Shown here: in pieces, positions 56,301 through 64,000 of the stretch
Layout of the letters: each line of letters opens with the position of its first letter
Numbering within the stretch: the first letter of the stretch is position 1
Assembly (NCBI GenBank): GCA_964057225.1
Contig: OZ059898.1
Span: 6,262,001-6,326,000, forward strand
Reading direction: 5' to 3'
Source: Auanema rhodensis
Lineage: Eukaryota > Animalia > Nematoda
DNA length: 64,000 nt
The notes under the pieces: generated by a model
What the model was told of the DNA's origin: nothing
What the model saw: the letters and a program-made list of their open reading frames with translations, nothing else
Databases searched by the model: none
Translations under genes and position numbers: made by a program

Positions 56301-59300
56301 AGCTAATATTCCAACATCTACCGGAGCCTCAGTAACTCCTGGAAGTGAAAGCACTGTCTCAGCTCCATCTGGAACATTAACTACTCCAGGTTCTGAATCT
56401 AATATTCCAACATCTACTGGAGCCTCAGTAACTCCTAGAGGTGAAAGCACTGTCTCAGATTCAACTGGAGCTTCAACTACTCCAGGTTCTGGTTCTAATA
56501 TTCCAACCTCTACTGGAGCTTCAGTAACTCCTGGAGGTGAAAGCACTGTCTCAGCTCCATCTGGAACATCAACAACTCCAGGCTCTGAATCGAATATTCC
56601 AACCTCTACTGGAGCTTCAGTAACTCCTGGAGGTGAAAGCACTGTCTCAGCTCCATCTGGAACATCAACAACTCCAGGCTCTGAATCGAATATTCCAACC
56701 TCTACCGGAACTTCAGTAACTCCTGGAGATGAAAGCACTGTCTCAGCTTCATCTGGAACATCAACAACTCCAGGCTCTGAATCGAATATTCCAACCTCTA
56801 CCGGAACTTCAGTAACTCCTGGAGATGAAAGCACTGTCTCAGCTTCATCTGGACCATCAATCACGTCTACCACTTTTTCCTCCCAATTTACCAATGGCGT
56901 ATCTACAACATCTTTGAAACCTGCAAAGCTCGAGCGCTCTACATCCTCACCTTTGTTTGAAGGAACAACTTCGAAAGAGCGTACACGAGCGACATCAAGT
57001 GGAATAGCTATTGAAATAGATGAAAATGAAAATGTAAAAATTGTTAGCCGAATAACTGGGAAGCCATTGTCACTCGATATAGTATCTGCGACTCCAACAT
57101 TCACTACAGGACATAACACCAAAACAACTTCAAATTCCGATACCTTTACTAATATTCCTAACTTTATTGAATCATCAACACATTTACCAAAAGTATCTGT
57201 GAATGAAACAAATAAGAATTCACAAAATAACGCTACTACTCCATCAATCTCAACTAAAACAACATTAATATCATCTGAAGGACCGTTATCACCAACACAT
57301 TTCACAACGGCTTCACCTTCAAATAATATTGTTTCAACACTCGCTAATTCTCATAAAAAGCCAGGTATAATATTTAAATTTAATTGCTTAGAATATATGT
57401 TTTTGCTTAATAGTATATATAATTTCACTTTTTCATTTTTATTTCTATTTCAGTTTCAGATGATATATCTGTCACTACTGTTGCACCTGATAGCACCACT
57501 TCACCTTCTGTACTCACACCTGATACTCTATCATCACCTAAGATCACTAGTATCGATGGTGATACTTCACAACGTCTTAATGGCGTTAATAACGTTCATG
57601 TTAATCTTAATAACTCACTTTCTATTCACGTATCTGTTTCTGAATCATCAGAAACAGATTTCAAAGATGCACACAAGCCTTCTACTGCACTCACTCAACC
57701 ACCACCAAGATCACACGATGCTGAACATATCAAGTCTAAGTTAACTATCATCGACAACAGTTCTGAAAGAGATATTAATCGCAATCCAAATTTACAATTT
57801 GAGAATAGCACTAGTGTCAGACCTGATGTTGATGATTTGATTAGAGCGTCAAAACCAATAGATTCAATCACTACTAGCATGCCACCTGTATTTGTTCCTG
57901 ATGAAGAAGAAACTGAACATGTAGAGAATGTTGAAAAACATCCACAAACCTCTATTAGCACCAATCAATCATCAATTTCTTCAAATACAACCACTATGCC
58001 TGTAACATCATTCACTTCAAAGGCTCCTAACTCATTCTCTTCTGTCAAAACTACACTTGTTGTCCTTCACTTGTTTTCAACACAAGCACCAAGCAATCAG
58101 ACAATGATCACTGATGATCTCAGTCCTAATCAAAACAATTCAGAAACAACTCGTGGTCCACCTAGTATGACACCTCCTTCTTTGATTGATCCAACAACTG
58201 AATCATCTATTTCCACTGAGAATGCTTATACTGGAACTGCCGAAAGTACTGAGCAGCCAGCAACTACAACGCAGTCAACAACAACATCATCAGCAACAAC
58301 TCCATCAACAACCACGACAGCAGCAGTTACGGAAGGTGAGCCAGATATGCATCACGAATCTAAACACACGCCAAGCACTTTCACATCACTTAGCACAACA
58401 GGCTCAATGATGAACACAAATACATCAATTGACAAAAACAATATCACAAATGCACCAAACACTGTTGATCAAAATACTTTAAAACCTTTAAATACTTTAT
58501 CAACTGAAGTTTCTATGATTGAAACCACAACAAATCAATTAGTTTTTACAACAACTAATGATTTAACTAAAACTTCAACTTTTCGAGATCAATCTGATAT
58601 AAGCAATTCAATCAAAAACCCCAATACGTCTTCTGATATAAAAGAAAATCTTCAGAATACATTTTCAACACCAATGACTTCAAAAGAGTCAAAATTCACT
58701 ACTCAATCTACTGAGACCTCCTCTTTACCAGATGATTTTGATTCAAGATCATCAGTTTCTGAGAGTATTACAACCATAACTTCAATTGACACAACAAAAA
58801 GTTTTGAGAATTTTCAATCAACAACGCCTACTGCTGACCCTCAAACTCTTGAAGAGCTAAACAAATCAAAAACAAACAACCCAACTACCGTAACAGCTTC
58901 TCCAGCTGATCTGCCAGAATCTAAGATTAATTCGGATGTTCGAGTTCATGATCCAAGTAGTAGAACAACCCCATCACCTGAAAAAATTGAGTTTAATATT
59001 CCTTCTAATGGTTCCAACACCACAACTCCAAAGAGTGGTATAACCACGAAACCAAGAGCTTCGGATTCCACAAAACCTTCCGATGGTTCCGAATTGTCCA
59101 CTCCAAGCAGTGTCACGACCAGTTCATCTGGAGCTTCAGACTCCACAAAACCTTCCGATGATTCTGAATTGTCAATTCCAAGCGGTGTCACAACCAGTTC
59201 ACCTGGAGCTTCAGATTCCACCAAACCTTCCGATGGTTCCGAATTGTCCACTCCAAGCAGTGTCACAACCAGTTCACCTGGAGCTTCAGACTCCACAAAA

Positions 59301-62300
59301 TCTTCCGATAGTTCTGAAGTCACAACTCCAATGAGTTTCACAACCAGTTCACCTGGAGATTCAAAATCCACAAAACCTTCCGATGGTTCTGAATTGTCAA
59401 CTCCAAGCAGTGTCACAACCAGTTCACCTGGAGCTTCAGACTCCACAAAATCTTCCGATAGTTCTGAAGCCAAAACTCCAAGCAGTGGAACAACCATTCC
59501 TCTTGGAGTATCAGAATCCATAATATCTTCCGATAGTTCTGAAGCCACTACTCCAAGCGGTGTCACAACCAGTTCACCTGGAGCTTCAGACTTCACAAAG
59601 CCTTCCCATAGTTCCGAAGCTACAACACCAGGTACTGGCAAAACCAGTTCACCTGGAAGTTCCGATTCCACAAAACCTTCTGATGGTTCTGAAGTCTCAA
59701 CTTCAATGAGTAGCACAACCAGTTCACCTGGTGCTTCAGATTCGACCAAACATTCCGATGGTTCTGAAGTCTCAACTCCAATGAGTGGCACAACCAGTTC
59801 ACCTGGAGCTTCCGATTCCACAAAACCTTCTGATGGTTCTGAAGTCTCAACTCCAATGAGTGGCACAACCAGTTCACCTGGAGCTTCAGAATCCACAAAA
59901 CCTTCTGATGGTTCTGAAGTCTCAACTTCAATGAGTAGCACAACCAGTTCACCTGGAGCTTCAGATTCGACCGAACATTCCCATAGTTCCGAAGCTACAA
60001 CACCAGGTACTGGCAAAACCAGTTCACCTGGAAGTTCCGATTCCACAAAACCTTCTGATGGTTCTGAAGTCTCAACTTCAATGAGTAGCACAACCAGTTC
60101 ACCTGGAGCTTCAGATTCGACCAAACATTCCGATGGTTCTGAAGTCTCAACTCCAATGAGTGGCACAACCAGTTCACCTGGAGCTTCCGATTCCACAAAA
60201 CCTTCTGATGGTTTTGAAGTCTCAACTCCAATGAGTGGCACAACCAGTTCACCTGGAGCTTCAGATTCAACTAAACATTCCGATGGTTCTGAAGTCTCAA
60301 CTCCAATGAGTGGCACAACCAGTTCACCTGGAGCTTCCGATTCCACAAAACCTTCTGATGGTTCTGAAGTCTCAACTCCAATGAGTGGCTCAACCAGTTC
60401 ACCTGGAGCTTCCGATTCCACAAAACCTTCTGATGGTTCTGAAGTCTCAACTCCAATGAGTGGCACAACCAGTTCACCTGGAGCTTCAGATTCGACCAAA
60501 CATTCCGATGGTTCTGAAGCCACAACTCCAAGCAGTGGCAGAACCAGTTCACCTGGAGCTTCAGATTCCACAAAACCTTCTGATGGTTCTGAAGTCTCAA
60601 CTCCAATGAGTGGCACAACCAGTTCACCTGGAGCTTCAGATTCGACCAAACATTCCGATGGTTCTGAAGCCACAACTCCAATGAGTGGCTCAACCAGTTC
60701 ACCTGGAGCTTCCGATTCCACAAAACCTTCTGATGGTTCTGAAGTCTCAACTCCAATGAGTGGCTCAACCAGTTCACCTGGAGCTTCCGATTCCACAAAA
60801 CCTTCTGATGGTTCTGAAGTCTCAACTCCAATGAGTGGCACAACCAGTTCACCTGGAGCTTCCGATTCCACAAAACCTTCCGATGCTTCTGAAGTCTCAA
60901 CTCCAATGAGTGGCACAACCAGTTCACCTGAAGCTTCCGATTCCACAAAACCTTCTGATGGTTCTGAAGTCTCAACTCCAATGAGTGGCACAACCAGTTC
61001 ACCTGGAGCTTCAGATTCGACCAAACATTCCGATGGTTCTGAAGCCACAACTCCAATGAGTGGCTCAACCAGTTCACCTGGAGGTTCCGATTCCACAAAA
61101 CCTTCCGATGGTTCTGAAGCCACAACTCCAGGTAGTGACACAACCAGTTCACCTGGAGCTTCAGGTTCCACAAAACTTTCAGATGGTTCTAAAGCCAAAA
61201 CTCCAAGCAGTGGAACAACCATTCCATTTGGAGATTCAGAATCTAAGACAACTTCCAATGGTTCCGAAGTCACAACTTCAAACAGTGTCACAACCAGTTC
61301 ACCTGGAGCTTCCGATTCCACAAAACCTTCTGATGGTTCTGAAGTCTCAACTCCAAACAGTGTCACAACCAGTTCACCTGGAGCTTCCGATTCCACAAAA
61401 CCTTCTGATGGTTCTGAAGTCTCAACTCCAATGAGTGGCACAACCAGTTCACCTGGAGCTTCAGAATCCACAAAATCTTCCGATAGTTCTGAAGCCACAA
61501 CTCCAAGCAGTGGAACAACCATTCCATTTGGAGATTCAGAATCTAAGACAACTTCCAATGGTTCCGAAGTCACAACTTCAAACAGTGTCACAACCAGTTC
61601 ACCTGGAGCTTCCGATTCCACAAAACCTTCTGATGGTTCTGAAGTCTCAACTCCAATGAGTGGCACAACCAGTTCACCTAGAGCTTCAGACTTCACAAAG
61701 CCTTCCCATAGTTCCGAAGCTACAACATCAGGTACTGGCAAAACCAGTTCACCTGGAGGTTCCGAAGCTTCAACACCAGGTACTGGCAAAACCAGTTCAC
61801 CTGGAGCTTCAGATTTCACAAAACATTCCGATGGTTCTGGAGCCACAACTCCAAGCAGTGGCAGAACCAGTTTACCTGGAGCTTCAGATTCGACCAAACC
61901 TTCCGATGGTTCCGAATTGTCGACTCCAAGCAGTGTCACAACCAGTTTGCCTGGAGCTTCAGATTCCACAAAACCTTCTCATGTTTCTGAAGCCACAACT
62001 CCAGGTAGTGGAACAACCACTTCTCTTGGAGATTCAGAATCTACGACAACTTCCAATGCTTCTGAAGTCTCAAATTCAAGCAGTGTCACAACCACTTCCC
62101 CTAGAGCTTCAGAATCCACAAAATCTTCCGATGATTCCGAATTGTCGACTCCAAGCAGTGTCACAACCAGTTTGCCTGGAGCTTCAGAATCTGCAAAGCC
62201 TTCTGATGAAACTAAAACAACCTTTCATCCAAAACATCTGAGTTTTTCGAGAGTTCCTGATGAAAAATCAACCACACCAACTGAGAACATCGTAACAGCC

Positions 62301-64000
62301 ATATCCCACATGATTTCGAACGTTTTCTCGACTACTCCAAGTGCTCCAACAACACGAATGGAGGATGTTATGGGATTGGAGATCATGAATCCCAATAAGT
62401 TTTCCCAAAATCCGAAATTCGTAGCGAAAACAACCACAGCTTCTGCCAAATCTGTCCTAGACTCTTCTACCCTTCCATCTTCTTCTGAAGTTTCAATTAC
62501 TGAAGATTCTGGTGAAGAGCCGACTACTGTGATGGAGGATAAGATGGGCTTGGAAATTATGATTCCACGAAGACCAAATGTAAAATCAACCTTAGGGCCA
62601 CAGCTTACTTCCTCTTCAGCAAATCCGAGCGATACTGTTTCTGCTTCATCTACTTCAGTAACTCCTGAAGGTGAAAGCACTGTCTCAGTTTCATCCGGCT
62701 CATCAACTACTCCAGGTTCTGAATCTAATATTCCAACATCTACCGGAGCTTCAGTAACCCCTGGAGATGAAAGCCCTGTCTCAACTTCAACTGGAGCATC
62801 AACTACTCCAGGTTCTGAATCTAATATTCCAACATCTACTGGAGCTTCAGTAACTCCTGGAGATGAAAGTACTGTCTCAACTTCAACTGTAACTTCAACC
62901 AAGTCTGTTGTTGAAGCCTCGACTCCAACTTCTACTAGAGGTTCCGGAGAAGAGCTAACTACCGTAATGGAGGATAAGATGGGTTTGGAGATTATGAATC
63001 CACGAGGAACACAGGTGACATTCTCATCAAAACCGACATTCTCTGGTGATGTAGCATCCACTTCTTCTCCAACCGGAGTACAAACTACTGGAGATGCTGG
63101 AATCAGCTCATCATCACCACCTAGAGGTTCAACAGCTCCTGGTGATGTAGCATCTACTTCTTCTCCAACTGGAGTACAAACTACTGGAGATGCTGGAATC
63201 AGCTCATCATCACCACCTAGAGGTTCAACAGCTCCTGGTGATGTAGCATCCACTTCTTCTCCATCTGGAGTACAAACTACTGGAGATGCTGGAATCAGCT
63301 CATCATCACCACCTAGAGGTTCAACAGCTCCTGGTGATGTAGCATCCACTTCTTCTCCATCTGGAGTACAAACTACTGGAGATGCTGGAATCAGCTCATC
63401 ATCACCACCTAGAGGTTCAACAGCTCCTGGTGATGTAGCATCCACTTCTTCTCCAACCGGAGTACAAACTACTGGAGATGCTGGAATCAGCTCATCATCA
63501 CCACCTAGAGGTTCAACAGCTCCTGGTGATGTAGCATCCACTTCTTCTCCAACCGGAGTACAAACTACTGGAGATGCTGGAATCAGCTCATCATCACCAC
63601 CTAGAGGTTCAACAGCTCCTGGTGATGTAGCATCCACTTCTTCTCCAACCGGAGTACAAACTACTGGAGATGCTGGAATCAGCTCATCATTACCTAGAGG
63701 TTCAACAGCTCCTGGTGATGTAGCATCCACTTCTTCTCCATCTGGAGTACAAACTACTGGAGTTGCTGGAATCAGCTCATCATCATCACCTAGAGGTTCA
63801 ACAGCTCCTGGTGATGTAGCGTCCACTTCTTCTCCAACTGGAGTACAAACTACTGGAGATGCTGGAATCAGCTCATCATCACCACCTAGAGGTTCAACAG
63901 CTCCTGGTGATGTAGCATCCACTTCTTCTCCATCCGGAGTACAAACTACTGGAGATGCTGGAATCAGCTCATCATTACCTAGAGGTTCAACAGCTCCTGG
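38769..64000 (+). CDS. fbn-1: Fibrillin-like apical extracellular matrix protein (cbEGF arrays plus giant Ser/Thr mucin-like regions); 3' end (expected ZP/TM part) lies beyond the window
   Basis: Signal peptide [24 protein letters not shown]; N-terminal [52 protein letters not shown], recognised as the FBN-1 N-terminus; many D(I/V)(D/N)EC calcium-binding EGF repeats; RGD at 42648-42656. About 20 exons, including 44005-48286, 49781-57364 and 57454->64000. The last is open to the window edge and absent from the ORF track. Confidence 0.88.
45630..47200 (+). repeat. Coding tandem array R1: 63-bp (21-aa) unit, ~25 copies
   Basis: Unit [21 protein letters not shown]; ACCGAAGCAGAGTCTACC recurs at 45661, 45724 and onward. 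Confidence 0.95.
50625..53870 (+). repeat. Coding tandem array R2: 75-bp (25-aa) unit, ~43 copies
   Basis: Unit [25 protein letters not shown]; TCCACAAAACC recurs at 50701, 50776 and onward. Confidence 0.95.
54290..56855 (+). repeat. Coding tandem array R3: 96-bp (32-aa) unit made of two related 16-aa halves, ~26-27 copies
   Basis: Unit [32 protein letters not shown]; GAAAGCACTGTCTCAG recurs at 54337, 54433 and onward. Confidence 0.95.
59040..62200 (+). repeat. Coding tandem array R4: second, more diverged array of the 75-bp R2 family, ~41 copies
   Basis: Same CCTGGAGCTTC..TCCACAAAACC backbone as R2, with the variant [11 protein letters not shown] (ATGAGTGGC) not seen in R2. Confidence 0.93.
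62181..62720 (+). repeat. Near-identical direct duplicate of the non-repetitive spacer at 53842-54384
   Basis: Offset 8339 bp. By eye the copies are identical apart from one 3-bp indel (STSSV vs STSV) and one synonymous TCT/TCC change near the end. Confidence 0.92.
63042..64000 (+). repeat. Coding tandem array R5: 96-bp (32-aa) unit, ~10 copies, truncated by the window edge
   Basis: Unit [32 protein letters not shown]; GGTGATGTAGCATC recurs at 63045, 63141 and onward. Two units are 3 bp shorter. Confidence 0.95.

Noticed and set aside
57365-57744. Hydrophobic, TM-like C-terminus of the 2602-aa ORF
   Set aside because: It is read-through of an 89-nt intron followed by the wrong frame. The spliced frame continues as VSDDISVTT...
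45534-63922. Very long antisense ORFs (439, 1043, 1139, 1007 and 565 aa) and shifted-frame sense ORFs over the arrays
   Set aside because: These are shadows of the Ser/Thr-rich sense frame. Stops in that antisense frame require Tyr codons or a T followed by His/Gln codons, which these regions almost lack, and a stop-free unit stays stop-free when repeated.
45630-64000. Regular repeats as a possible CRISPR array or satellite DNA
   Set aside because: There are no unique spacers between units. Unit lengths are multiples of 3 and lie inside open exons of a eukaryotic gene.

Overview
This is AT-rich eukaryotic genomic DNA with many ~45-60 nt GT-AG introns and TTTCAG/TTTTAG acceptors, i.e. a nematode (probably rhabditid) locus, not prokaryotic. 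Gene models were spliced by hand, and most ORF-track entries are exon fragments or spurious. Gene order: 5' end of a patched-related (PTR) gene (-); a secreted, catalytically degenerate M14 carboxypeptidase-D-like gene (-); an F-box gene (+); a two-pore K+ channel (TWK) with two alternative 5' coding starts (+); a ZSWIM3-N/FAR1-like (WRKY-GCM1 fold) Zn-finger gene (-) with ~11 kb of E-box-rich non-coding DNA upstream; a coiled-coil + QPD C-type lectin (+); sel-9/TMED2 p24 (+); and fbn-1 (fibrillin-like apical ECM gene, +), which runs off the window. The fbn-1 gene is the striking feature. It encodes about 7,200 codons in this window alone, with giant exons (4.3, 7.6 and >6.5 kb), five Ser/Thr tandem arrays, a near-identical ~540-bp spacer duplicated 8.3 kb apart, and a recurrent GLEI linear motif often paired with Ser-Gly sites. 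No tRNA, rRNA, CRISPR array or intact transposon was recognised. No database searches were run; family calls rest on motif recognition from memory.
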